A stretch of 64,000 nucleotides of DNA from Camelus dromedarius (Eukaryota), in NCBI RefSeq assembly GCF_036321535.1, contig NC_087437.1, forward strand, positions 3,410,001-3,474,000, read 5' to 3'. This document shows, piece after piece, positions 25,794 through 38,450 of the stretch. Position 1 is the first letter of the stretch; the number at the start of each line of letters is the position of its first letter. Position numbers and translations under genes: made by a program. The notes under the pieces are model-generated. The model was not told where the DNA came from. It was given only the letters and a program-made list of their open reading frames with translations, and did not search any database.

Positions 25794-26526
25794 CTAGTGG
25801 GAATGTAGTTTGGTGCAGCCATTATAGAAAGCAGTATGGAGATTCCTCAAAAAACTAAAAATAATGTCACCATATGATCCAGCAATCCCACTCCTGGGCA
25901 GATATCCAGAGGGAACTCTAATTTGAAAAGATACACGCACCCAGTGTTCAAAGCAGCAGTATTTACAATAGCCAAGACATGGAAACAACCTAAATGTCCA
26001 TCAACAGATGACTGGATAAAGAAGCTGTGGTATATTTATACAATGGAATACTGCTCAGCCATAAAAAATGATAAAATAATGTCATTTGCAACAACATAGA
26101 TGGACCTGGAGATCATCATTCTAAGTAAAGTAAGCCAAAAAGAGAAAGAAAAATACCATATGATAATCACTTATATGTGGAATCAGAAAAAAAAAAAAAA
26201 AAGAGGGAACACCATGAACTCATCTACAAAACAGAAACAGACTCACAGACATAGTAAATAACCTTACGGTTACCAAGGAGGGAAAGAGGGTGGGAAGGGA
26301 TAAATCTGGGAGTTTGAGATTTGCAAATGTTAACCATTATATATAAAAATTGATAAAAACCAAATTTCTTCTGTATAACACTGGGAACTATATTCAATAT
26401 CTTGTAATAATAATCTTTAATAAAAAGAATATGAAAATGAATATATGTATGTATCTGCATGACTGGGACACTGTGCTGTGCACCAGAAACTGACACACTG
26501 TAACTGACTGTACTTCAGTTTTTTTA
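25794..26526 (+). mobile_element. 5'-truncated L1 inserted into the ERV, with 15-bp TSD
   Basis: TSD aaaagccagtaatac (25779-25793) / aaaagccggtaatac (26527-26541). ORF2 end plus 3' UTR. Confidence 0.94.
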
Positions 26527-27654
26527 AAAAGCCGGTAATACTTCAACCAATTAATTATAACTGTATTCATCAGTTTACTTAATCCTATGCTATCAATCCC
26601 TTTTACTAACAGCTATATGCAGTTTTCATTAGACATCTTAAATATCCTATCCAGCTCAGCAGCACGATCCAAAAGAAACCCGTACTTGTCAGAAGGACCC
26701 TCTTATGAATTTTCTTGAAGATGAACCAGTCCCGCAAAGCATCAGGGTAACTGTCCCCGAATGACACAAGACCCAACGAGGCCAAGGTAAAGATCTGACT
26801 ATGTGCTTTTGACAGAGAAGCTTAATCAAGTTGCCGTGACAAACAACCTTCCAAGAAAACAGCCAGAACCGTGACTGGCAGCATGGTGCCAGGACGTTCC
26901 CAAACCTGAGACCCCGCGTCACCTCTAGCATGTCCACATCGACAACGTCCACCCACACCGCACAGTCCGAGCAGGTGCATCGCTCCCTCGGCAAGGCTTC
27001 CCGTGCGATCCAGCACACCAGCCTCTCCTGGTTAAACAGTTCTCTCTGAGTTGCCGCAGGGGCCCTCTGAAGCCCCCCAAGTTAGCCGAAGTCAAAAAGA
27101 ACTTTAATTAGAATTTGATAGAAAGTTTGTAAAAAATACCAAAAAGTTTCACACAATCTGTTATCAGGAGCATTTTAAGTAAACTTGTTCACCTAACAGA
27201 GGAGCCAGATCTGGTCCTGCACGAGCCTACTTTTAACAAAATTCATTTACCTAATTAAGTTTAATCTCAGCCCAACCATGCACAGAACTGCTTTTTTTTA
27301 GGGGTCCCTTTCTACAAACTTTCCACAACTTTCTGTTTCCATATTAGTTTGTCCCTTTTTTCTATCTAGAAACAACCATCAGTGGGACCAAATGACCCTC
27401 TTTTCCCTCAACCAGACGTGACTCCCTTTCTCCTTCCTTTTTATACTCAAAACAACTATCCTACTTTCCTACTGTATGCTGAAATGTTCCCCCTGTTTTT
27501 TTATTATTTGAGATTTCTTCTTTTAATATTAAGAAAGGAATTATACAGCTTTATAATGGAAGATATTCATAAAAGGGTTAATTGGAGAATTAAAGAAATT
27601 ATAGTATTAAAACACTGCTAGCAATTTTTGTAGAACTAGAAAAATCAATGGGCA

Positions 27655-27795
27655 CAATTAAAGTGAAAAGGCGATCTTCTGAATGGGTGAAAAAATTGCA
27701 AATGATGTGTCAGAAATTACCATCCAGAATCTGTACAGAACTAAAGCTTAACAACAAAATAAAAACAGTCCCATTAAAAAATGGGTAAAGGACAT
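27655..27795 (+). mobile_element. Short L1 ORF2 fragment inside the ERV internal region
   Basis: gaatgggtgaaaaaattgcaaatgatgtgtc...cccattaaaaaatgggtaaaggac. Confidence 0.7.
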
Positions 27796-29848
27796 TTATC
27801 CCATTTTTAACTAGTTTCAATTACATATTTAAATTAAATCTTCAATTCTTAAAAATCTTAATTTCTAGTGACTGTTTCAGTACCTTTTTTCTTTGGGAAT
27901 GACCCAGCTACAAAACTAGTCAGTAAACTTCCATCATTTAACTTAGCACAACTCTTAAAATTTCAAGTTAAGAAATAATCTCTCTAGATATTTGGTAAGT
28001 AGACATTCCTAAAACAATTATTTCCAAAGTGCTCGCCCAAAAGCTCTCATCCTATTTGCATTTAATTCACTTATAAGAATGCCATCAAACCAAGTTAAGT
28101 TTTTCTTCCTGCTGACAACTCTGCAACAGAAACCACATGAACTTACTGACCTTCAGGAATCCTAGGTACAAAGGCATGTCTGTATTGATTATACCAACAA
28201 GATGAAGCTAGCCTCAGTATCAGATATCAACTTAATACCAACATTTTTCCTAGGTCACAGGAGCCTGTTTGTTCTGTCTAGCTTCTTTTATACTTACAAG
28301 TATTTAGTTTGTAAGCACTTAAACTTTTAAGTCAATTAATTAAATAAAACTCATTCACAAGTTAATTTTTTACCTAAAGACAGAACCAGAGCTCTCCTAG
28401 CTTTTCCGCTTGAGTTTTAAAAAGCTTTTTTTCCTTGAGAAAAAAAGGTAGCTCATTACATCTCAAAGGCACAGGAAGAGAAATGCAAATTTCTCCTCTA
28501 ACAGCTTTTAAAAACCCAACTATCTTCCCTATTTACAGGACTTTTCCCCCCAGTTCCCAAATATCCACTTTAGTTTAAAGAAATAAGAGTAATAGACAAT
28601 AATACATCATCACTCTCTCACACTCACATGCCTCACTTTCAGCAAAACCAGGAAGAGAGAACAGGACTTGGACTCAGGTACTGAGACCCCCTACACACAC
28701 ACAACCCCCCCCCCCCCGCCGCCAAAATAAAAGCCAAACTGCACACCGCCCACTTTGCTGTGACAGCAGAGCCATCAGGACCACTGTTCTCCAGATCTCA
28801 GGGAGCGCTGAGCCCACACAGTGTTATAAATATATATATATTTTTATTGTTTCTTTCATTTATGGGAGCACAACGGAGCACGCCCTAGCGGGACTGGAAG
28901 GTGGAACAGAGCTCTGATCATCCTATGCTATCAACCCTCAAGCAAACAAGTTCAAAACAGTCTCCAGGGTCACAGTTCCCTGGCCCCAAAGGCAGCACCC
29001 CAGCCAGTGCCCAGTCAGAGACGAGGCTGAATCAAAGACCAAGGCTGGAAAGGGAACGTCCCTGCTGATGCTTCACCCCAGGCGAGGCCAACATGAGAGG
29101 GAGGACACCCGGGTGCCGTCACACGGGAGCCCCAGTACTCAGAGACGCCTCAGCCAGTCCAGGTGTGCGCACACACACACACACTCCCACAAACAGAAGC
29201 TCAGACGAGGTGTGGTCCCCAAATTCCACTTCCTCTCCCAGATGGAGGCTCCCCAGTGGCCTGGCTCCCAAACAAGAATGGACCTAGGGTGGCTCCCAGT
29301 GAGCCCAGAATGACCCACTTTCCGGGAGGGAAGGAGCCTGGGTGGAGTGGGGACAATCTTCCATCCTACACAACCGGAGTGGCTCACCCCAAAACCAGAC
29401 ACACACACACAAACGGCAGGTAAGGTTTGGTCACACAGGCCACAGAGGAGGTGTCGCCTAAAAATTCCACTTCCACCCCCAGACGAGGCCTCCACACAGG
29501 TGGGCCCAGTCCTCGGAGGGGCAGGGACCCGGGGGGCTCACGATGGACCCGGGGGGCTCACGATGAGCCCGGGGCGGCTCCCTTCCCAGAGGGGCTGAGC
29601 CCAGATGGAGTGGGCAGGTTCCCCGCCCGCGCGAGCCGGAGACACTCACCCTTGCAGTGTGGACGCAGCTCCAGAAGGTTCTCGGCTCCAAAGAGCCTCG
29701 TCCCGGGGCGGCCTTGACCTCAGGAAGGGTCCCTCCTGCTTCCCGGAGCGACGTGAGCCCGGGCCGCTGCTGGGACCCGGGGAAGGGCTGCCCTCGGCCG
29801 GGGCCGACCCTTCCCGGGCACAGGCTCCCCGCTGGCTCCCCCGAAACT

Positions 29849-30370
29849 GTTCCCGACACGAGTCCGTGTGCCCCACGCACGGTGAGGCCAAGCAAACCAA
29901 AATGCCGGAGTTTGGAGCAGAGAAATGTTCACTGCTGGGCCGAGCAAGGAGTACGGGTGGATCGTGCCCAAAACCCGCCCCCTACTCGAGGGGTTTCAGC
30001 TGAGCCTTTTTTTTTCTTTTTTTTAAGAATCTTACTTTTTTAAGCGGAGAAACGGATTGAACCTGGGACTGCGGGCATGCTGAGCACCACTGAGCGCTCC
30101 CCACCCACCTCAGCTGAGCCTTTTTAAAGACCAGCTGAGGGAGGGGCAGTCCCAGGGTGTGTGACCAGCTGTGCACAATTCTCTGGTCGATGGTGAGGAA
30201 TCCTGAGGCACCGGGTCTGGGGGCCACGTGCTCATGGTCCTCACATAGTTAATTTCTTCTCCTGCGTGGTAGGTTTTAGCGTCTATGGTCTGGGTCCTTC
30301 AGAGAGGAGCTGCTGAGTAGGGGATGGGGAGGGGTCTGCCCCAGGAAGGCCCCCTAGGGCCCTGCTTTTC
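29849..30370 (-). mobile_element. ERV1 5' LTR (artiodactyl-type) carrying a SINE insertion
   Basis: tgttcccgac...ggagtttggagcagagaaatgttcactgc (U5/R, reversed) through gggtctgccccaggaaggccccctagggccctgct (U3 start, reversed). Confidence 0.7.
30012..30109 (-). mobile_element. Degenerate tRNA-derived SINE (vic-1-like) with 16-bp TSD
   Basis: TSD tcagctgagccttttt at 29996-30011 and 30110-30125, T-tail, and the B-box remnant gattgaacc. Confidence 0.8.
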
Positions 30371-33300
30371 ACTACGACATCAGTCAGTTGCTGATGGTCC
30401 ATTTTTTTGGCTGTGGAAACACAGACTGTGACCGTCCACCTCAAAGAGGAGGGCTATGATGGGAAGGTGGGCTCTGCCCCTCCTCAAACATAGAGTTTTA
30501 CAAGCTGGTAATACCAGCCAGCCTGCTGCTAAAATACCACCATTAGTGACAGAGCTGAGGGTCTGGCTCCCGAGGAAACGGGTATTTGGGAAAAATGAGG
30601 ATCCAAGCAGAAGGGGTGGTGCTGACGGTGGTGAGTAAAGGGGAAAGGGGCTGCCCTTTCGGTCCACGTGACCCCCTCGGGCAACTCCAAACTGATTCTT
30701 TAGACCTGAGCGAGGGCCTTCAGTCCCACTAAGAGATACCGATGAGCCCTGCAAACAGCTTCAGGTAGTAAAACAGTAAGCGGCTCTAAAAAATCCTGAG
30801 GTTCCGGAATATCCAAGAGGTCACATCAGCTACAACTGTTGAAACTGCTTTTCTTAAAAATAACCACTGATGCAAAAGTGAACGGAATGGAGAACTCTTA
30901 CCACTTTTTAAAGACCTCGTCCCACTTTCTAACAGGTGGGAAGGGCATCGGACAGAACAGGTGGGCACCCTCAGCCTCAAGGCGGGGGCGGGGGGGGGGC
31001 TCCAGGGAACATCTGTGGTTAGTCATTTCTCCTACTGGTTTTTTTTTTTTTGTATAAGTTAGCTTGACCTAATTTATCATATACATGAGTCAACAATGAT
31101 CAGGCCAACTGTTAAGATATTTTCTAGTGACCCTCATCTTTCACCATCGGTCAGAAAAGTGAGCTTGTTAGGAGCTGGGGGCTCCCAGGCATTGAAAGTC
31201 CAGCACTTCTCACTCGCTCATCTGTGTGCGTACCAGCCTGGCCGAGGTGTGGGGTGCTTCCCCCGTCACTGCCTCAGCTCTCGGTTTCTCGAGCCCACCT
31301 GGAGCCAGGCGTGTTTCCAGTTCTCACAGAAATGATAGAGACATTCAGAGACCCATGGATTGAGTAAATCAAAGTTAGGGGGGAAATCATGGGTCAATCA
31401 TCCACTTTGATTGTAAGAGGACACTAAAGAAAAGGAGTAATTGATCTTTAAAACCTAAACATAAACTTTCTTTTGTATCATAAAGGTAATATTTGGTTAT
31501 TATATGAATTTACAGAAAACGAAAAACACCTTATGACCCCACCGTGTAGTGACCGAGTCTGTTAACATCTTCCAGGACTTCTGTGCGCACATGTGGGTAT
31601 ATTTCTGTAACAAACAGGATTATGCTGTGTGTGCTGCTTCAAAGCCTTTTTTTCAGTTAATATCTGTGTCTTAAACTTTGTTTTTTTTTTTTTTTTGGAA
31701 ATGGTCCTCTGATGGGCATCTTTGTAGCTGAACCTTTGTGGACATTATGAATTCTTAAGTTAATTCCTGGAAGGGAAATGACTGCATATGTAATAGCACA
31801 TTGCCCCTCGGAAAGACTGTACCAAGTTACAGGTGTTCAAAATCTCTAAGGCAAAAATAGCTGGTCCCCTGCTCCCTGACGTGGGGTGTGCGTGGGCTGC
31901 CTCCTCCAGCAAGCACCCAGTTCCAGAAATGTCCCCCCCACTTCCAACTGGGGTGTCGCTGTTACCCTCTCCTCTCCTGACAACCACAGCATGTCCATCC
32001 CCAGTAAACCATCTCTGCGAGCCCAGAGGGCAGGTGTGGTCACAGCACGGCTGCAGAGGACACCGTCCATGGTCCTTACACGGAGGCTGCATGAATCTGT
32101 CTTCCCAAAGGGAAATGTGGGGAAGATCTGCATGTTTCTTGTCAGAGCAAGCAAGTGCTTGACTCGGGTAGCGGAAGGTGCTTCATCCCCAGCGTGTCTC
32201 CACCTGCCTCCCTGAAGCCTGAGTAAAAGTGGGCGACGTCCTGGCCTGACTTCTGGGATATTTCTCCTCACTCCATCTTTCCCAGCCACGCTGCCTGGCG
32301 GTGAATATTTAGCGCTACGTTTCCAGGTGTACACGGTCCTACTGTCTCTTATGGGCAATCACCTCTCAAAGGGAAGGGAAGATGGGGAAAGAGGCTGGAA
32401 AGGGGACTTTTCAGAGCTGCTAATTTGAAACTGAACTGAGTCTTGGGTCCACTTTCATTTACTTAAATGCTGGAAAGAACTCATCCCCTTCCAGTTACCC
32501 AGAACAAGAGGGACATAGAAACAATTGCTAAATTCTTGTTTAGGAGAGACTTCCACTCAGGAGTTAGGAACTCAGTGAGGAGGTGTTTCTCAAACACCTG
32601 TGGAAGGAACGAAAGGAGGGATGGAAGGAAGGACGAAGGAAGAGGTAAAGGAGGGAAAGGGCGGTGGCCGGGGACACCCGGAAACCACAGAGACGGCCAA
32701 GCCCAGGACCTGCAGAGGGGGACACGGCGGCTCACTCTGGGGCTCAGGGCTGCCGGACCGCGTGGCGAGTGACCTGGGCCACGTCCCAGAAGCCGACAGC
32801 CTGAGAAGCTGATAGAAGCTAAGGCACTTCCACGAGCACCTCAGACCCACTCCTGTCGTCGCCAGTGGTCCCCACGGTCTCACCTGCTTGTGTCCGAGCA
32901 CAGAGAACTGAGTGCTGCGCGGTGACATCGCTTCCAGGCAGCTGGGTCCCTAGGTGCAGGATGCCGAGTGAAGCTCTCAGGACGTTTCCAGACTGTAAAT
33001 TAAAACAGTCAGCTGCACAGACATACTGCCCTGTCCTTCCCCCTCCAGGCCCCGCGCTCTTGTTCAGTGTGCGTGCTGCCTCCCCGCGGCTGAAGCCGGC
33101 ACTGCATCACCTGCTGTCCTAAGCAAGACTGCCTGTCATCCATCCTAAAACCCACTTTCTTCAAGCTCTAAGGGGCTGCGCTGTGGTGGAGATTTGTGAA
33201 ATGGGACAGGCAGATTCCTGCTCATCGCACCCCCCCCACCCCACCCCCGCCTTAGACCTCGGCCTCTCTGTGAACTCCTGGTGGGGGGGGGTCTCACAGG

Positions 33301-34386
33301 GGCGGGGAGCTCCGAAAGGCACATGCGAGAAGGGAGTGGCATGAGAACGTGTTGGAGATTCTGTTTTTTCCTTTGATTCATGTGATTGATTCTTTCCTCC
33401 GGTCTGGCTTCTGCTCTTTGTCCCCAAGTCTAGCACGGTGCCTGGCAGGTGACATGCAGGACTTCCAGAAGGCTTATCTGGTTAAGTGAAACGTCCTGGA
33501 CAGTCTCCTCCCCACCTTCTTGTCTTTCCATTTCCTTGGCATTTGGTTTTTGCGTTTTATTTTCATTTCTCTCGGTTGACTCCAAGCACCAGAGCAACAT
33601 TCTTGCAAAGGTTTGAACTCACTTGAGAAACCCTCCGAGCAATGGCAGGCACATTTGTGTGCCCTACGTTTCTAAAGGCTCATGGCCAGATTAAAACTTG
33701 GATAAGTGGAGAGCAGACTTGTCCTTGGTGAAAGGACTACATATCATAAAATTGCCTGTTATTTATAATTGTACCTACAGGTCCAGAGCAGTTCTATCAA
33801 AATCCCACCGGAGTCTAGGGAAGGCTTAAGGGGAAATGGCATGGGGGTGCCATTCCGTAAAAATGGTTCTAAAACTCAGCCAGAATAAGAAGTGGGAGAA
33901 AACCTCAAAAGAAATTCTGAAGAGAACGAGTAAATGGGGAAAGATGTATCTTTCCAGACTCTAAACTGTAAACACTGCTTTAAGAAGGGACAAAGCCCAT
34001 GGGGTACTGACCCAAGAATAAGTATATTGAAAAAAAATAGAAGGACAGAAAGCTCCTTTACAAGTAGTCAGTTTGCTGATTTTAAGCCATTTGGAATCCA
34101 GGAGCCCAGACAACACGCATAAGTAAGCGGACAGAAGGGAGGACCACTGCTTGCAGGGGTGCTGGATGCCAGCTGCCCCTGTGGGAGGGGGACGGGCTCC
34201 AGCCACATGGAGCAGACAGGAATCATCAATGGATGCAATGTCGAGGAGGAGGGAGGGGCAGATTTTATTAGGGAGCAGGATATGAGCATGGTCTTAAAGC
34301 ACCTCCCCACGGACTGGTTATAAGATGAAAGGGGAAAACACTAACTGTACAGTAATTACCAAGTGATCAAACTTACCAGCACCAGC

Positions 34387-34500
34387 GGGGGAGGGCGGGC
34401 ATAGCTCAGGGGTAGAGTGGTGCTTAGCATGCACGAGGTCCTGGATTCAACCCCCAGTACCTCCATAAGTAAATACATACATACATAAATTTTTAAAAAT
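34387..34500 (+). mobile_element. tRNA-derived SINE (camelid vic-1-like)
   Basis: gggcatagctcaggggtagag (A box)...ggattcaacccccagtacctcca (B box) plus an A-rich tail. Confidence 0.9.
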
Positions 34501-34594
34501 CAATAGCAGCAGTGAAGGACAGAGGTGTAACCAGATACAATATGAGAAGGACAAAAATGTCACTTATATTCTATCTCAGCCGGAATACAGTCTA

Positions 34595-34715
34595 TTTTTG
34601 TTTTTTTGGAGGGGAAAGTAATTAGTTTTATTTACTTAGTGGAGGTACTGGGGATTGAACCCAGGTCCACATGCATTCTAGGCATGCACTCTACCACTGA
34701 GCCATACCCTCCCCC
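34595..34715 (-). mobile_element. tRNA-derived SINE (vic-1-like)
   Basis: tggaggtactggggattgaacccagg...ctctaccactgagccataccctcccc. Confidence 0.9.
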
Positions 34716-35349
34716 TTGGCATGCATAGTCTGAAGCTATGGAATTAAGGAATGTGTGGCAATGCACCCCAAATTCTTCAAAAAAAAAAAGTTAAATGCAT
34801 AAAAGCCAAAAAAAAAAAAAACCAACAAAACAAAACAAAAACGGGGTATAGATACCAGATTAAAAGAGATTAAAGAGACGTGACAACCAACTGCAATACC
34901 CAAACCTAGCCTGGGTCCTGTATTGAGGGGCAGGGGGCTGGTGGGAGGAATGCGGTGTGAGAAATGACATTACTGAGCCAGCTGGTAAAACTGGAACATA
35001 GACTTTAAAGTACTGTGTCAATGTTAAGTTTACTTAAATTGATAACCCTACTTTGATTACGTGAGAGAAATTTTTATTTCTAGCAAATGCACACTGAAGT
35101 ACCAAGAAGTAAAGAGTCAGGGGGATGCAACATACTCCCCAAAGTTCAAGGAGAGACTTGGGAGAAAACATTTATATGAAATAAGTAGATAATAAAGCAC
35201 TAGGGGCAAAATGTTGGCCATTGGTGACTCTAAGTGACAGGTTTGTGGATGCTCTCTGTACTATTATTGCAAATTCTCTGTAATTTTTAAGTTATTTCTA
35301 AACAAAGTTTTTTTTTTAAGAATACACACAGTTCAAAAATAGGCAAAAT

Positions 35350-35560
35350 TTGGGGGAGGGATAATTTAGTAGTTTGGGATTAACAAATACACACTCTATA
35401 TAAAATAAACAAGGACCTACAGCATAGCACAAGGAACTATATTCAATTTCTTGTAATAAGCTATGCTGGAAAAGAATTTGAAAAAAATGTAGGTATATGT
35501 TGAACCTAATTGCTTTGCACTTGAAACATTGTAAATCAAGTACACTTCTATAAAAAAATT
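35350..35560 (+). mobile_element. L1 3' UTR fragment
   Basis: ggagggataatttagtagtttgggattaac...caaggacctacagcatagcacaaggaactatattc. Confidence 0.8.
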
Positions 35561-35735
35561 GTTTTTAAAGAATGCTGTATGATTGGAATCATATGGCATG
35601 TACATTTTTGAGGCTGAATTTTTTTATTCAGTATAATTTTCTGGAGAGTTGTCCAGACTGTGATATGTATCAGTAACTTTTCTTTTTTATGGCTTTGGAG
35701 TATTCCATAGCATGAATATACTGCTTTGTTTAGCC

Positions 35736-35769
<34 letters not shown>

Positions 35770-36500
35770 ATAAGCAAGACCACTACAGGCCGCGAGCGAT
35801 GGACTGGAGGTCCGCAGTCTCCCCCTCAGACGGAGCTCACAGGAGGCAGGCGTGATGCTGGAGACACTTGCCACCTGGGCGTCGGCCATGGCTATGTCGG
35901 GGTGTGGGTTTATCTGTAGACATTTATTGAGTTGTTCACTTAAGATTTGTGCTCTTCTACATACTATGCCTCAATTATAAGTTTAATTTTAAAGTTTTTT
36001 CGCTAACTGTGGTTGAGAACACGTCATGTGTATGAAAAGCAGGGAACAGGAGGTGAGGGGGCAGTGGAGAAAGTCGAACTGGGACCCAGAAAAACGACTT
36101 CACAGGTGGCCTCAGACCTGCACAGCCACAGTCAGTTACCAGAGAACTACCCCCAACAGAATGATACCACTGACCCATCATTGCCGAAGAAACTCTCCGT
36201 CCCAGAGGGACTGGCCGAGAGGTTGGTCAAGAAAGGTCTCCACGAGACCTGAGACCAGGCCTGAAAGCACATGGAGGAGCTGGAGACCAGAGGGTCCCCT
36301 CGGCCGTGCTTCTTCCTGACCGCCCCCCTCCCCCTTCCTAACCGCTTCTGTCCGCCGCCAGGGCAGTAAGGCTTTCCCTGAAGACGGGTTTGATTTTTTT
36401 TTTTTTAATGCACAAATACAGCCCTGAAGAAAGTCCTATCTGTGGAATAAAGACATAAACGAGTACATACATCTAATAAGTTTTTTAAAAAGACTATGAC

Positions 36501-36668
36501 GGGGAGGGCATAGGTCAGTGGTTGAGCGTGTGCTCAGCATGCACGAAGTCCTCGGTTCAATCCCCAATGCCTCCATCAAAATAAATAAATAAATAAACCC
36601 AATTACCACCCCTTCCAAAAATAACCAAACAAGAAAAAAATTTTTTTTTAAGAATTTAAAAAAAAACC
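36501..36668 (+). mobile_element. tRNA-derived SINE (vic-1-like)
   Basis: ggggagggcataggtcagtggttgagcgtgtgctcagcatgcacgaagtcctcggttcaatcccc plus an (aaat)n tail. Confidence 0.9.
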
Positions 36669-36721
36669 ACAATGATGATAGACTCTCAAGACACTTACCA
36701 AGTCTACATGCTTGATTGAAG

Positions 36722-37265
36722 TGTTGCGGAAAAATGTGTTACAGCTCGCTGTTACAGCTCAGCTGTGACAGCAACCTAGATCCAGGCGAGAGACTCGGAG
36801 AGTTGGACAGCTCAGCTTTATTACGCAAGCAGGCCAAAAGGAGTTAACACTTCAAACTCTGGACCCCATCTGTAGGTTTACACAGGCCTTTTATAGGCTG
36901 CCAGTTTTACACTTGCAACATCATATGCAAATAAAGTACAACAGAAGTTGACCAACCAGGAACAAGCTTTGTAGAAATAGACCAATCAGGAGTGAGCTCC
37001 ATGCAAATGAAGTACTACCAATGGGCCAATCAGAAGTTAGGGAAGTGGACCAATCAGAAGTGAGAGTAATACCCAATCAGGAGTGAAGGAAATAACCAAT
37101 CAGAAATGAGCTCAGGGAACCAATAGAATTTTAGGTGTAATTTAGCCGCTTTAGAGGCAGAAAGTGAGATAGAGCCTCTGGGCCAGGGAACCTGACGGTG
37201 CTGGGAGGAGAGCAGCGGCCCTGCCTAGGAGTCCTGCTGGTCTTTTTATGGGGCTTCCCGCCTCA
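36722..37265 (-). mobile_element. Solo ERV LTR with CCAAT array, octamers, TATA box and poly(A) signal
   Basis: TG...CA ends. On the minus strand: TATAAAA (36889-36895) then AATAAA (36817-36822). Seven CCAAT and two ATGCAAAT motifs in U3. Confidence 0.8.
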
Positions 37266-38199
37266 ACCCCACATTTATGGACGAGCCTCTCCCATGTCTG
37301 GACATTGTGCTAATTCTGGGAAGACCACATCGGGTCATTCAAAGCCCCAAAGAGCTTGCACACTCAGAGGAATACATAACAGAGAGTCATACTAAAAATA
37401 CCAAGTTGGGACCTCTCGTCTGCAAAGTGAAATGAGATCACGTTTCTGTTTCAAAACATAACCATGACAGATGAGATATGTAAATTGACAGAGCCAGATT
37501 CCACAACAATAAACCAGAAAATGAAAAATATATATATAAAGCAGGGGACAAGCCTCCTAAGACGTGGATGAGAAAAAGAATCATGGCAGTGAGTTAAAGG
37601 AGCCAAAATGCTTGGCCCAAGAGGGGGACCAAAGGCAAGGTTTACGTGAAGCCAGAGGAGGGGTCCGCCCTCCCCATGTCCTCGTCACATGAAGACAAGA
37701 GAGAAAACCAACCAACCATTGTTGCCGGTGGCATTTACTGGTCCGGGGATGTGGGAGACCACAGTCTAAATGCTATAGCCAAGAGGGAAACCAAGTTCCT
37801 CCTGGCTCAGTAAGTGGATTTGCAAAGCCTCTGTTATCACCAGAGATGAACACCTTTTGAAATCATTCTGAACGAAGGGTCCAGGAGCCAGGCAGAAGTG
37901 ACTACAAAAACCCTCGGATGGAGACACATGAGCAATGAGGCAGAAAGAGAGAAAATACACTTTTAAGGGTCAATAAACAAAATATCTCCCATTCAAAACG
38001 AAAATTCTTTTAGAAAAATTTCATGTTATAGTTTTAACATAAAGAGAAATCAAATGTTAAGGAAGAGCCCAAACAACCAACAATCAGAATGAATTCTTTC
38101 CATAGGAAAGTTATAAACAGCCCAACAAAGATCTTAATGTGTTTGGGATGCTCGGAGATGACTAAAACTGTAAGTTTCTTTCAACATGGCAAGAAATGA

Positions 38200-38450
38200 C
38201 AAAATAAAAACAGGCACAAAGGAAACCAGAATGGATTGCTATACCATGAAATGGTACGTTCCTAACAATTTAACTTCAAAATAGATAAAGCATGTGAAAA
38301 TAAAATACCAAGGGAAAAAATCACAAATCAATGACTATAGTAGAAAATGTTAACGCACCTCTATTAGGAAGAAGCCGACAAAAATCAATGAGGACAGAGA
38401 GAATCTGAGCAACACGATTAACAAATTTAATCTAATGGATATTTATGGAG
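38200..38450 (+). mobile_element. Ancient L1 endonuclease-domain remnant
   Basis: tagtagaaaatgttaacgcacctct...acaaaaatcaatgaggacagagagaatctgagcaacacgattaacaaatttaatctaatggatattta. Confidence 0.65.

Larger units (their letters stand above)
24586..29848 (-). mobile_element. Degraded ERV1-class internal region (non-coding), interrupted by L1 insertions
   Basis: PBS-like leader gtttcgggggagccagcgggg directly after the LTR on the minus strand and splice donor GGTGAGT (29644-29650). AT-rich sequence resembles MER4-group internal regions, with a possible env TM remnant near 25060-25110. No intact gag/pol/env. Confidence 0.6.
33780..35320 (+). mobile_element. Ancient L1 (ORF2 end and 3' UTR), interrupted by SINEs
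   Basis: Degenerate ORF2 sequence and an old-type 3' UTR (aaaagagattaaagagacgtgacaaccaactgcaa...ctctgtactattattgcaaattctctgtaa). Confidence 0.6.

Noticed and set aside
29068..30043. Many overlapping 80-145 aa ORFs, also at 40.9-42.4, 51.5-52.6 and 59-60 kb
   Set aside because: Expected by chance in GC-rich, stop-poor sequence. Pro/Gly/Arg-rich, with no recognisable domains.
35739..35767. A29 tract as the tail of a processed pseudogene
   Set aside because: No upstream mRNA-like body or TSD. The context agccattaaaa...gaat fits an expanded A run among L1 fragments.
36950..37130. CRISPR-like periodic array (ccaatcag every ~23 bp)
   Set aside because: Eukaryotic LTR U3 tandem repeat. The units are too short, the spacers are related, and there are no cas genes.
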